Shown: positions 25,313 through 34,674 of the stretch, piece after piece
Numbering within the stretch: the first letter of the stretch is position 1
How the letters are laid out: each line of letters begins with the position of its first letter
Assembly: GCA_003539915.1 (NCBI GenBank)
Contig: DPNX01000002.1
Location: forward strand, 1 to 35,457
DNA length: 35,457 nucleotides
Direction: 5' to 3'
Source of the DNA: Patescibacteria group bacterium
GTDB taxonomy: Bacteria > Patescibacteriota > Minisyncoccia > UBA6257 > UBA11618
The notes under the pieces: model-generated
The model's input: only the letters and a program-made list of their open reading frames with translations
What the model was told of the DNA's origin: nothing
Databases searched by the model: none
Program-made: the position numbers and the translations under genes

Positions 25313-26601
25313 TGAATCAGGAGATAAAAAATAAAATAGCTAATTGGCTACTTAATCCCGACAATCCTATAGATAATAAAGAGGAGTTGCCTAACAAGCT
25401 TAAGAAAGAAGGTTTAGAAAATATATTTAATGAGATTGAGCTACCCTTAGTTGATGTTTTGAGGTCAATGGAGGAATTAGGGATAAAAATTAATAAGAAT
25501 GAAGTTAAAAAACTTTTAACTAAATACAATAAGGAGCTAAAGGTATTAGAGAAAAAAATTTATAAGGAGGCTGGTGAGGAATTTAATATAAATTCACCCC
25601 AACAACTTTCTAAAATATTATTTGAGAAGCTGGATATTGAGCCAAGAGGGAGAGCAACAAAGAGCGGTTTGCACTCAACTAGAGCAGAGAAGTTACAAGA
25701 ATTAAAAGAAGAGCACTCAATTATTAACTTAATAATTAAATACAGAGAGTCATTTAAAATAAAATCCACTTATCTAGAACCATTATTTAAATTAGGCGAT
25801 CGCGTGCACACTACTTTTCTTCAGACTAGCACTGCTACAGGAAGACTAAGTTCTCAAAATCCCAACCTTCAAAACATTCCTTCTGTAGTTAAAAAAGTTT
25901 TTATAGCTAGCTCGGGATATGAGTTGGTTTCCTTAGACTACTCACAAATTGAATTAAGAATTCTAGCTGGTTTGAGCAACGACCCAAAGATGCTCAAGGC
26001 CTTTAAAGCAGATCAAGATATTCATCGTCTTACAGCGAGTCAGGTTTTTGACATACCTCTTGATAAGGTGACGTCAGAAGAAAGAAATATGGCTAAAACA
26101 CTTAACTTTGGAATTGTTTATGGAATGGGGGCGGTTGCTTTTGCTCGTAGTAGTGGCTTAAGTAGAAAAGAAGCTCGTCATTTTATTGAAGAATATTTTT
26201 CTGATTTTAAAAAAATAAAAAAGTGGCAAGAAGAAGTTAAGGAGAGGGCGAGAAAAAATGGTTACGTTGAGAATCTCAATGGTAGAAAGCGTTGGTTGCC
26301 AGCCATTACCTCTACAAACAAGTTTTTATCTTCCGAGGCTGAGCGAGCAGCAATTAATATGCCGATTCAAAGCTTAGCGGCAGACATTATTAAGTTGGCC
26401 ATGATTAAGGTTCATCAACAATATAAAAATGACGATGTGAGACTTCTTTTATCAATTCATGATGAATTGTTGTTTGAGATTAAGAGTGATAAAGTTAATA
26501 GTGTAGTTAAAAAAATCACTCAAATTATGGAATCGGTTTATAATTTTCCGGTGCATCTTAAAGTTGATGTGTCAGTAGGAAAAAATTGGGCTGATCTTTA
26601 A
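25312..26601 (+). CDS. polA: DNA polymerase I polymerase domain (family A)
   Basis: FNINSPQQL, TGRLSSQNPNLQNIP, DYSQIELR, AKTLNFGIVYG, IHDEL. Confidence 0.95.
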   Translation: MNQEIKNKIANWLLNPDNPIDNKEELPNKLKKEGLENIFNEIELPLVDVLRSMEELGIKINKNEVKKLLTKYNKELKVLEKKIYKEAGEEFNINSPQQLSKILFEKLDIEPRGRATKSGLHSTRAEKLQELKEEHSIINLIIKYRESFKIKSTYLEPLFKLGDRVHTTFLQTSTATGRLSSQNPNLQNIPSVVKKVFIASSGYELVSLDYSQIELRILAGLSNDPKMLKAFKADQDIHRLTASQVFDIPLDKVTSEERNMAKTLNFGIVYGMGAVAFARSSGLSRKEARHFIEEYFSDFKKIKKWQEEVKERARKNGYVENLNGRKRWLPAITSTNKFLSSEAERAAINMPIQSLAADIIKLAMIKVHQQYKNDDVRLLLSIHDELLFEIKSDKVNSVVKKITQIMESVYNFPVHLKVDVSVGKNWADL

Positions 26602-26609
26602 TAAAGACT

Positions 26610-27761
26610 TTGTTTTTTAGAAAGAAAGAAAAAATAGAAGAAGATTTTTCTTGGTCACCTGACCAAGGGCTGCTTAGCGCTTTAATAACGGGTTTGGAGG
26701 AAGGAGTTATTGTTTATGATAAAGATTTTAGGGTTTCTAATTTTAATAAAGCAGCGGAAGACATCTTTGAAACTAAGGCTAGTGAAGTGGTTGGAAGAAC
26801 CTTCTCTTTAACTAAGGCTAAAAGCTTTAAATCAAAGACCTTAGCCCAAGCTATATTTCCCTCTTTAGCTCCTACAGTCATTAGAAGATCTGAACCAGGT
26901 ACTTATCCTCAGATAATAGAGGTTTCTTTAGAAAATCCTGTTAAAGAGTTGCGCATAGTTACTCATAAGGTGGAGGATGATCTGGGTAAGACGTGGGGTT
27001 TTATTAAGGTGATTAAAGATAGAACTAGAGAATTAGAATTGCTAAGAGCTAAAAGTGATTTTATAACAATTGCCGCTCACCAACTACGAACACCAACCAC
27101 AGCTCTTAACTGGGCGTTAGATAGTTTGAATAAAGATAAGAATTTAAGTAAAGAGAGTAAGGGGGAGTTAAAGATTGCTCGACAGACAGCTAAAAATCTT
27201 CTTAATACTATTAATGATTTAATTAATATTACTCAAATAGAGGAGGGTAAATTTGGTTATAGTTTTAAGAAGTTAGAGCTAAACAAGTTCTTATCCAAAT
27301 TATTATCTGATGCTGATGTGATAGCAAAAGAGTATAAGGTTAAGCTTTATTACAAGCGTCCAAAATCAAAAGAGGTTTTTGTTAGTGCTGATAAGGCTCG
27401 CTTAGGATTAGCAATAGCTAATCTTATTGATAATGCTATTAAATATAATGTCCCTAATGGTCAGGTAATTATTGGTTTAAAAAAACTACCCAATAAGCCT
27501 ATGGTAGAAATTAGCGTTCAAGATACTGGCGTAGGTATTCCAAAGAGTGATATTGGTAAATTATTTACCAAGTTTTTTAGAGCAAAAAATATTGAACAAT
27601 ATGGCGTTGAGGGTTCTGGCTTAGGGCTCTTTTTAACTAAGAATATTATTGCTCGTCATGGAGGAACTATTAGAGTTGAGTCGGTAGAGAATAGAGGAAG
27701 TACTTTTTATTTCACCTTACCCACCGATTCTAAATTAATACCTTTAAAAAAATTAGAATAA
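26610..27761 (+). CDS. Cytoplasmic PAS-domain sensor histidine kinase
   Basis: PAS (EGVIVYD..FNKAAEDIF), H-box AAHQLRTP, NLIDNAIKY, DTGVGI, GSGLGL; TTG start uncertain. Confidence 0.92.
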   Translation: MFFRKKEKIEEDFSWSPDQGLLSALITGLEEGVIVYDKDFRVSNFNKAAEDIFETKASEVVGRTFSLTKAKSFKSKTLAQAIFPSLAPTVIRRSEPGTYPQIIEVSLENPVKELRIVTHKVEDDLGKTWGFIKVIKDRTRELELLRAKSDFITIAAHQLRTPTTALNWALDSLNKDKNLSKESKGELKIARQTAKNLLNTINDLINITQIEEGKFGYSFKKLELNKFLSKLLSDADVIAKEYKVKLYYKRPKSKEVFVSADKARLGLAIANLIDNAIKYNVPNGQVIIGLKKLPNKPMVEISVQDTGVGIPKSDIGKLFTKFFRAKNIEQYGVEGSGLGLFLTKNIIARHGGTIRVESVENRGSTFYFTLPTDSKLIPLKKLE

Positions 27762-27764
27762 TAC

Positions 27765-28613
27765 ATGCCCGAGTTACCAGAGGTGCAAACAACTATTGAT
27801 GGTTTAAATAAAAAGATCCGCCAAAGGCGGATTATTTCTACTTGGAATGATTGGCCTAAGTTTAGTTCAGTAGAAAAAACCCAAGGGCATACTATTAAAA
27901 AAATAGAACGGATTGGTAAGAATATTCTCTTCTATTTTACGGACCCACACATTTTATTAGTACATATGAAGATGACGGGTCATTTGTTGGTAGGAGAGTG
28001 GAAAATAGGAAGAGATGGGGTGATCCCTATAAAACCCAAGGAGATGAAAGAGAGAATAAATGGCTTTATTCATTTTATTTTAGTTTTAGACGATGGGAAG
28101 ATGGTGGCTTTTTCTGATGTTAGAAAATTTGGAAAAGTGGTCTTTGGTACTTTAGATGAGATAGAAAATTTACCAGAGCTGAAGAAGCTTGGGCCTGATG
28201 CTTTAAAAATATCCCTTAAGGATTTTTCAGAGAGAGTTCTTAAGAAGAAGAAAACCATTTATCAAACATTATTAGATCAAGATGTGGTAGCGGGCATTGG
28301 TAATATTTATGTTAGCGAGATTCTTTGGCAGGTTAAGGTACACCCTTTAACACCTGCTAATAAATTAAACAAAGATCAATTAAAGGAGATGTGTAAAGCT
28401 ACTAAACAGATATTATCGAAGGCGGTTAAATTTAGAGGCACCTCGGTAGATGATTATAGAGACGCTTCAGGAAAGAGAGGTGGTTATGCTGACCATCGTT
28501 TAGCTTATGGAAGAGAGGGTGAGGGGTGTAAGAGATGTGAAGTAAAAATGAAGAGAGCTAAGAAAGGAGGGAGGTCCTTTCATTATTGTCCGGATTGTCA
28601 GAAGCTCAATTAA
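27765..28613 (+). CDS. mutM: Formamidopyrimidine-DNA glycosylase
   Basis: MPELPEV, HMKMTG, DVRKFG, GIGNIY, C-terminal zinc finger. Confidence 0.97.
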   Translation: MPELPEVQTTIDGLNKKIRQRRIISTWNDWPKFSSVEKTQGHTIKKIERIGKNILFYFTDPHILLVHMKMTGHLLVGEWKIGRDGVIPIKPKEMKERINGFIHFILVLDDGKMVAFSDVRKFGKVVFGTLDEIENLPELKKLGPDALKISLKDFSERVLKKKKTIYQTLLDQDVVAGIGNIYVSEILWQVKVHPLTPANKLNKDQLKEMCKATKQILSKAVKFRGTSVDDYRDASGKRGGYADHRLAYGREGEGCKRCEVKMKRAKKGGRSFHYCPDCQKLN

Positions 28614-28651
28614 ATATCTAATCGTTCGCATTTTTGGTATAATAGAAGCCA

Positions 28652-29413
28652 ATGATTATATATCTTCACGGCCCTGATTCGTATCGACGTCAGCAAAAAC
28701 TTAAGGAAATAGTTAGAGAGTATAAGAAGAGACATTCTAGCTTAACAATTGAGCGTTTTTATTTTGATGAAGGAAAAGAGGAGTCTGTTAAATTTACAAA
28801 CTTTGTTAAGGGGCAGTCTTTATTTGGTGGTCATCGTTTAGCAATAACTTCTAACGTGGGAGTTATTAAAGAAAAGAACGTTATTGAATTATTTAAAACC
28901 TTATCAGAGGAAAAAGAGGTGGTAATACTTATCTCAGAAGAAAAGACTCTTAATAAGGACTTCTCCTTTCTTGCTAAAGACCCGGTGATTAACCAAGAAT
29001 TCAAGGACCTTACATCAACCCAAATTCATCTATTTATTAAACAAGAGGCTGTAAAAAGAAAGCTTTCTTTATCGTCGTCTGATATTGGTATGATTGCTGA
29101 AACTTATAGAAATGATAATTGGGGGATTGTAACAGAGTTAGACAAGTTAGCTTTAGGAGGGTCAGTTACCCAATCATTACCACAAGCCAGCCTTTTTCAA
29201 ATGTTATTTAAATTACAAAAGAGATTTCCTCTTAATGTGAGGATGTCTACCCTAGAAAAGTTATTGGTAGATGAAGATTCAGCTAAAATATTTAATTTGT
29301 TAGCATATCAAAAAAACGTCGCAGCTAGAGATGTTTTTGCTAACTACGACGTTTTGGTGAAGTCTGGTAAGTTGGATTATGAATCGGTTTTACTAGACTT
29401 AGCGATTCTTTGA
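28652..29413 (+). CDS. holA: DNA polymerase III delta subunit (short, divergent)
   Basis: MIIYLHGPDSYR, SLFG, ELDKL; convergent with rpsT as is common for holA. Confidence 0.75.
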   Translation: MIIYLHGPDSYRRQQKLKEIVREYKKRHSSLTIERFYFDEGKEESVKFTNFVKGQSLFGGHRLAITSNVGVIKEKNVIELFKTLSEEKEVVILISEEKTLNKDFSFLAKDPVINQEFKDLTSTQIHLFIKQEAVKRKLSLSSSDIGMIAETYRNDNWGIVTELDKLALGGSVTQSLPQASLFQMLFKLQKRFPLNVRMSTLEKLLVDEDSAKIFNLLAYQKNVAARDVFANYDVLVKSGKLDYESVLLDLAIL

Positions 29414-29649
29414 GTTAAGCGAGACTTAAGTCTGCTAGCTCTATTCTTATGAATAAGATTTTTCTTAGCAGCTTTATCTAGCTTCTTATAAACACCAGAA
29501 AGCATTTTGGTTGCTTCCTCCGGCTTGCTTTCAGCAGCTTTTTTAAAGTCTCTAACAACTTCTTTAAGAGCCTTTTTCTGTGACAAATTACGCGCACGTC
29601 GATGTTGGCTTTGTCTTAAAGATTTCTTAACTGATTCTGTATTAGGCAT
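29377..29649 (-). CDS. rpsT: 30S ribosomal protein S20
   Basis: MPNTESVKKSLRQ, LDKAAKKNLIHKNRASRLKSRL. Confidence 0.96.
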   Translation of the reverse strand: MPNTESVKKSLRQSQHRRARNLSQKKALKEVVRDFKKAAESKPEEATKMLSGVYKKLDKAAKKNLIHKNRASRLKSRLTQRIAKSSKTDS

Positions 29650-29657
29650 ATAGAGAG

Positions 29658-29686
29658 ATGATAGGGAAAAAAATTAAGTTAGTCAA
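29658..29686 (-). promoter_or_regulatory. rpsT promoter
   Basis: TTGACT-17 nt-TATCAT, 8 nt before the ATG. Confidence 0.75.
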
Positions 29687-31472
29687 CATTAAAATTACTA
29701 ACCATAATAGGTTTATTTAATTCTTGGGGAGTAATGCCGCTTTTTTTATTAAACCTTATCTGAGCCAGACGACGTCTTTTAGTCTCGTTTAAAGTTTGTT
29801 TAATAGAGTTGGTTAGAAGATCAGCATAAAGAATAACTTGGCCTTTAGTGGAGCGAGCTGCTCGACCAGCCATTTGAATAAGGCCTCGATAGTTACGAAG
29901 AAAACCCTCTCTATCAGCGTCTAGGATGGCAACTAGACTTACCTCAGGTAGGTCTAGGCCCTCACGTAACAAGTTAACACCAACTACTACATCTATTTCA
30001 CCGCGACGCAAAGAAGCTAAAACCTCTGGGCGTTTTAAGGTTTTAATTTCTGAATGAAGATATGTTGCTTTAATACCTTGGTCTAAGAGGTACTCGGTTA
30101 AATCCTCAGCCGATCTCTTAGTTAGAGTGAGTGCTAGACAGCGTTCGTTTTTGGATACACGAGCCTTAATTTCTTTTAATAAATCTACTACCTGAGTTTG
30201 AGCTGGTCTAATAGATATTTTAGGATCTAAGATACCAGTAGGTCTTACCATCTGTTCAACAATACAACTACCTTTCTTAGCCTTTTCTAGTTCATAGTCG
30301 CCAGGGGTAGCAGAAACATAAATAGTTTGATCAATTTTTTCTTCAAACTCTTCAAAGCGTAGTGGGCGATTGTCTATAGCAGAAGGTAGGCGGTAGCCGT
30401 AGGCTATTAAAGAATCTTTTCTTTTTGAGTCACCAGCTTGCATAGCTCTTAATTGAGGGATGGTGATGTGAGATTCATCAACTATTAATAGAAAGGGCTT
30501 AGGCATATAATCTAATAGCGTAAGAGCAGGTTCGCCTGGTTTACGAAAATCAAAGTGACGAGAATAGTTTTCAACGCCATTAACGTAGCCTTGTTTCTTT
30601 AACATCTCAATATCAAACAAAGTCTTTTTTTCTAGACGCTCAGCTTCTTCAAGTCTACCGTCTGATTGAAATTTTTTAACTCGTTCTTCCATTTCACTTT
30701 TAATATTTTGCAAAGCAAGATTGAATTGATGTTGAGGAGTTGTCCAGAATTTAGCGGGGTAAATATCTAACTTCTTTTTATTCTTACCATCTATTTTAAT
30801 AGAGGTAATTTTTTTACGATTCATTTCAAGCTCTACTTTTTCATCTGTGACAAGATGAATAATTATTTTGCCAGTTCCTAATCTATTAGTGTTTAAAATA
30901 TATTCACCTGGAACAATTTTATCGCGACTACGAACGTATTGAAGTAGCCCTAGGTGGTGAGATAAATCTTTATTACTAATAACCCCACCAATTCTTAATT
31001 CTAAACGAGCCTTTTTATAATTATCGGGACTACCGATGCCATAAATACAGGAGACAGAAGCAATAACTAGAGAGTCTTTTCTAGTAAATAGATTTTGAAT
31101 AGTAGCGTGACGTAGTTTATCGATCTCTGAATTGATACGGGCGTCTTTTTGAATGTAAGTTTTATCTACTGGTAAATAAGCTTCGGGTTGGTAGTAGTCG
31201 TAATAGGAGACAAAATAGTTAACGGAGTTTTTGGGGAAAAATGATTTGAATTCTTGGTAGAGTTGAGCGGCTAAAATTTTATTAGGAGAAATCACTAGAG
31301 TTGGCATATTTAATTCTTCGATAGCTGAAGCTATGGTAAAGGTTTTACCAGACCCAGTCACACCTAATAGGACCTGGTTTTTGTGGTCCTTTCTAACTCC
31401 TTCGACGAGTTTTTTAATAGCTTGTGGTTGGTCGCCTCCAGGTTTGAAGGGTGATACCAGCTTAAACTTCAT
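29679..31472 (-). CDS. uvrB: Excinuclease ABC subunit B
   Basis: GDQPQAI, LGVTGSGKT, YFVSYYDYYQPEAY, DESH, NLLREGLDLPEV; start at 31472 (MKFKLVSPF) matches the family N-terminus. Confidence 0.96.
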   Translation of the reverse strand: MKFKLVSPFKPGGDQPQAIKKLVEGVRKDHKNQVLLGVTGSGKTFTIASAIEELNMPTLVISPNKILAAQLYQEFKSFFPKNSVNYFVSYYDYYQPEAYLPVDKTYIQKDARINSEIDKLRHATIQNLFTRKDSLVIASVSCIYGIGSPDNYKKARLELRIGGVISNKDLSHHLGLLQYVRSRDKIVPGEYILNTNRLGTGKIIIHLVTDEKVELEMNRKKITSIKIDGKNKKKLDIYPAKFWTTPQHQFNLALQNIKSEMEERVKKFQSDGRLEEAERLEKKTLFDIEMLKKQGYVNGVENYSRHFDFRKPGEPALTLLDYMPKPFLLIVDESHITIPQLRAMQAGDSKRKDSLIAYGYRLPSAIDNRPLRFEEFEEKIDQTIYVSATPGDYELEKAKKGSCIVEQMVRPTGILDPKISIRPAQTQVVDLLKEIKARVSKNERCLALTLTKRSAEDLTEYLLDQGIKATYLHSEIKTLKRPEVLASLRRGEIDVVVGVNLLREGLDLPEVSLVAILDADREGFLRNYRGLIQMAGRAARSTKGQVILYADLLTNSIKQTLNETKRRRLAQIRFNKKSGITPQELNKPIMVSNFNVD

Positions 31473-31482
31473 AAGGACCCAT

Positions 31483-31511
31483 ATTATAAAGGAAAAATGG
31501 CTTTTTGTCAT
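31483..31511 (-). promoter_or_regulatory. uvrB promoter
   Basis: ATGACA-17 nt-TATAAT, 10 nt before ATG 31472. Confidence 0.7.
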
Positions 31512-31552
31512 CTAGAGTTGTTATCTAAGGCCTCGTTCTATACTATATAGGT

Positions 31553-32128
31553 ATGATTTATCGTTTATCAGGGGAATTAGTGTCTAAAAAGGAGAATTTT
31601 ATAATTATTGATGTTAACAAGGTTAATTACAAAGTATTCGTATCACCCAAAACTCATCAAGCCTTACCAGCAAATGGAGAAGAGTCACAGATCTATACTT
31701 ACTTAAATGTAAAAGAGGATGCCTTAGATTTGTATGGCTTTCTAACTGAGTCTGAACTAGGATTCTTTGAAAAGCTGATTAGTATTAGCGGTGTTGGTCC
31801 TCGCTCAGCTTTAGGGGTGATGGCAGTAGCTCCAGTTGACCAGTTGATAGCAACTATTAATGAAGGTAAGCCGGAGTTGTTGACTCGTGCCTCAGGAATT
31901 GGTAAAAAAACGGCAGATAGAGTGGTTCTAGAATTGAGAGGTAAGGTGGCTGCTATAGGAACGGAAAATGTGGTGAGGGCTATGGAGTCTGATATTGAAT
32001 TAGAGGAGGCTTTGATAAGTTTGGATTATAGCAAGGCTCAAGCTAAGAAGATAACCGCTCAAATTGATCCTAAACTAACAAGATTAGAGGATCGTCTGCG
32101 AGCTGCTCTAAAGAAAATAGAAAAATGA
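31553..32128 (+). CDS. ruvA: Holliday junction binding protein RuvA
   Basis: VKEDALDLYGF, LISISGVGPRSA, GIGKKTADRVVLEL, EALISLDY. Confidence 0.97.
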   Translation: MIYRLSGELVSKKENFIIIDVNKVNYKVFVSPKTHQALPANGEESQIYTYLNVKEDALDLYGFLTESELGFFEKLISISGVGPRSALGVMAVAPVDQLIATINEGKPELLTRASGIGKKTADRVVLELRGKVAAIGTENVVRAMESDIELEEALISLDYSKAQAKKITAQIDPKLTRLEDRLRAALKKIEK

Positions 32129-33276
32129 GTTTTTTAAGAAAAATTTTTTACAGCATACCAGGACTACCTTGGTTGTATCATTTCAGCTGGTCCTTTTTGG
32201 GAGCGGCTGTTTACGGTTTTCCGTCAAAAGATATTTTTGTGATTGGAATTACCGGAACTAAAGGGAAAACTACTGTTATTGAATTATTAAATCACATTTT
32301 AGAGGTGGCTGGCGAGAAGACTGCGGTTCTTTCATCTATTAAAGTTAAGGTTGGGAATAAGGAGGATAAAAACAAGACAGAGACTACTATGCCAGGTCGT
32401 TTCTTCATTCAAAGATTTTTAAGTCAAGCGGTTAAAGCTGATTGTCGATATGCAATTATTGAGGTTACATCAGAAGGTATCTCAGCTAATCGACACCGTT
32501 TTATAAAATGGGATGTGGTGGGTTTGATAAATCTAGCTCCAGAGCACATTGAAGCCCACGGTTCATTTGAAAAGTATAAAGAGGCTAAGTTAAAGCTTTT
32601 TAAAATAGCTAAGAAGCTTTGTTTTATTAATAAGAACGATAAGTATGCCGAAGAGTTTGAGCGGGTCGCTCAAGGTCGCGTGGTTTGGTTTAGAAAGAGC
32701 GAGTTAAAGAGCAAATTAATGGGAGAGTTTAATAGATATAATGTAGGAATGGCTGAAGCTATTACTAAAGAGTTGGGAGTTAGTGAAAAAAATATTGTTA
32801 AAGCCGTATTAGAGTTTAGTGGCATTCCTGGAAGAATGGAGCTTGTGCAAAAAGAGCCTTTTGCAGTGATAGTTGATTATGCTCACACGCCAGATTCTTT
32901 AAGGGCAGTTTATGAGAGTTTAGCTACGAAATATAAAAAAATAATTTGTGTTCTTGGGTCAGCTGGAGGTGGTAGAGATAAGTGGAAGAGAGTAGAGATG
33001 GGAAAGATTGCTGCTGAGTATGGTGATGAGATTATCTTAACTAATGAAGATTCTTATAATGAAGAGCCAGAAGATATAATCGAGGAGATTGCTCAAGGCT
33101 GTCCTAAAGCTCAAAAGATAGTTGATCGTGAGGAGGCTATTAAGACTGCTATCAATTTAGCTCAACCAGGAGATGTGGTGATAATTACTGGTAAGGGTAG
33201 TGAAAATTCTATTCATATAAAAGGAGGTAAGACTATTGATTGGAGTGATAAAGAGACTGTTTTAAAGAACTTGTAG
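32125..33276 (+). CDS. murE: MurE-like Mur ligase lacking the canonical N-terminal domain
   Basis: GITGTKGKTT, IEVTSEG, EHIEAH, GRME, VDYAHTPDSL, GGGRDKWKR, ITGKGSE. Confidence 0.85.
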   Translation: MSFLRKIFYSIPGLPWLYHFSWSFLGAAVYGFPSKDIFVIGITGTKGKTTVIELLNHILEVAGEKTAVLSSIKVKVGNKEDKNKTETTMPGRFFIQRFLSQAVKADCRYAIIEVTSEGISANRHRFIKWDVVGLINLAPEHIEAHGSFEKYKEAKLKLFKIAKKLCFINKNDKYAEEFERVAQGRVVWFRKSELKSKLMGEFNRYNVGMAEAITKELGVSEKNIVKAVLEFSGIPGRMELVQKEPFAVIVDYAHTPDSLRAVYESLATKYKKIICVLGSAGGGRDKWKRVEMGKIAAEYGDEIILTNEDSYNEEPEDIIEEIAQGCPKAQKIVDREEAIKTAINLAQPGDVVIITGKGSENSIHIKGGKTIDWSDKETVLKNL

Positions 33277-33320
33277 AGTTATTAAGAGTTAATTTTTGAG
33301 AAATATTATATAATTATCTC

Positions 33321-34670
33321 ATGAAATTAACTTTCAATGGAGGTGTTAAAGCTGTTACTGGTGCAAACTACTTACTAGAGAGCGATCAAACAAAAATATT
33401 AATAGATTGCGGTCTTCATCAAGGGGGGAAGTTTAGTGAGCGACAAAACTGGGACGATTTTCCTTATAGCCCTAAGGATATCAAAGCAGTCTTTATTACT
33501 CACTCGCACATAGATCATATTGGTTTATTACCTAAATTATATAGAGAGGGTTTTAGAGGAACGGTTTATTCCACAACGCCTTGTAAGGAATTCTCAAGAG
33601 TTCTATTAAATGACTCTCAGCATATTTTAGAGATGGAAGCAAAGAGATCAAAGAAACCTATCTTGTATGAAGAAGAGGATATAGTTGGTCTGATGAAACT
33701 TTGGAAAGGAGGTAAATACCACAAGCCTATTACAGTTGATAATTTTACAGTTACTTTTTATAGCGCTGGACATATTCTGGGTTCAAGTATTATTTATATT
33801 GAAGCTGATGGGAAAAGAATTGTTTTCTCTGGAGACTTAGGTAATAGCCCTGCTCCTTTGATTGGTTATAAGGAGGAGTTGCCGGAGACAGATTATTGTT
33901 TAATAGAGTCTACTTATGGTGATCGAATTCACGAAGATATAGCGGAAAGGAAAGATATAATCGAAAATATGATTGAGAACGTGGTTAGATCAGGAGGAAC
34001 TTTAATGATTCCAGCTTTTGCCATGGAAAGAAGTCAGCAGTTACTTTATGTCATTCATGAATTGATGCATGAGGGGCGGGTACCCAAGATACCAGTTTTT
34101 TTAGATAGTCCATTAGCTATTAAGCTAACAGAAATTTATAAGAGGCATCGTAGTTATTTTAGTGAAGATGTCATTGCTCAGATAAAACCAGACGACCCAA
34201 TTTTCAGTTTCCCCGGTTTGAAAAAAACCTTAACAACTATGGAGTCAAAAGCTATTAACGAAGTTGATCCGCCAAAGATTATTATTGCTGGCTCAGGAAT
34301 GATGCATGCTGGCAGAATCTTACATCATTTAAAACGTCACTTACCAGATCCTAATAGTATTCTTTTGATTGTTGGTTTCCAGGCTAAAGGTTCTTTAGGT
34401 CGTCAGCTATTTGACGGAAAAAAGAAAGTGAGGATACATGGTCAAGACGTAGAGGCTCATTGTCGTATCAAAGCTATTGGTGGTTATTCAGCCCATGCTG
34501 ATCAGCCTCAGTTAATGGATTGGTTACGACCGCAGAGAAAAAAATTAAAAAAAGTTTTTGTTGTTCAAGGTGAAGAGAAAGCTAGTGCTGTTCTTAGGGA
34601 TAAGATTAAAGACGAGTTGGTTATTACAGCCAGCATCCCTCAGAAGGGTATTACTTATGATATAATTTAA
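33321..34670 (+). CDS. Metallo-beta-lactamase/beta-CASP ribonuclease
   Basis: IDCG, THSHIDH, AGHILG, SGDLG, ESTYG, YSAHAD. Confidence 0.93.
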   Translation: MKLTFNGGVKAVTGANYLLESDQTKILIDCGLHQGGKFSERQNWDDFPYSPKDIKAVFITHSHIDHIGLLPKLYREGFRGTVYSTTPCKEFSRVLLNDSQHILEMEAKRSKKPILYEEEDIVGLMKLWKGGKYHKPITVDNFTVTFYSAGHILGSSIIYIEADGKRIVFSGDLGNSPAPLIGYKEELPETDYCLIESTYGDRIHEDIAERKDIIENMIENVVRSGGTLMIPAFAMERSQQLLYVIHELMHEGRVPKIPVFLDSPLAIKLTEIYKRHRSYFSEDVIAQIKPDDPIFSFPGLKKTLTTMESKAINEVDPPKIIIAGSGMMHAGRILHHLKRHLPDPNSILLIVGFQAKGSLGRQLFDGKKKVRIHGQDVEAHCRIKAIGGYSAHADQPQLMDWLRPQRKKLKKVFVVQGEEKASAVLRDKIKDELVITASIPQKGITYDII

Positions 34671-34674
34671 CGTA

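Noticed and set aside
25300..25320. polA pseudogene or frameshift
   Set aside because: Break is at a domain boundary with a TAATG coupled start and both parts keep catalytic motifs; reported as a split gene pending read check.
31473..31511. N-terminal extension of UvrB (MTKSHFSFIIWVL) in the ORF track
   Set aside because: Coincides with the ATGACA-17-TATAAT promoter; family similarity begins at ATG 31472.
5934..31515. Short nested or antisense ORFs (5934, 7984, 9883, 14448, 15996, 17437, 18278, 25317, 25560, 28070, 31333)
   Set aside because: Shadows of well-supported genes with no recognisable motifs.
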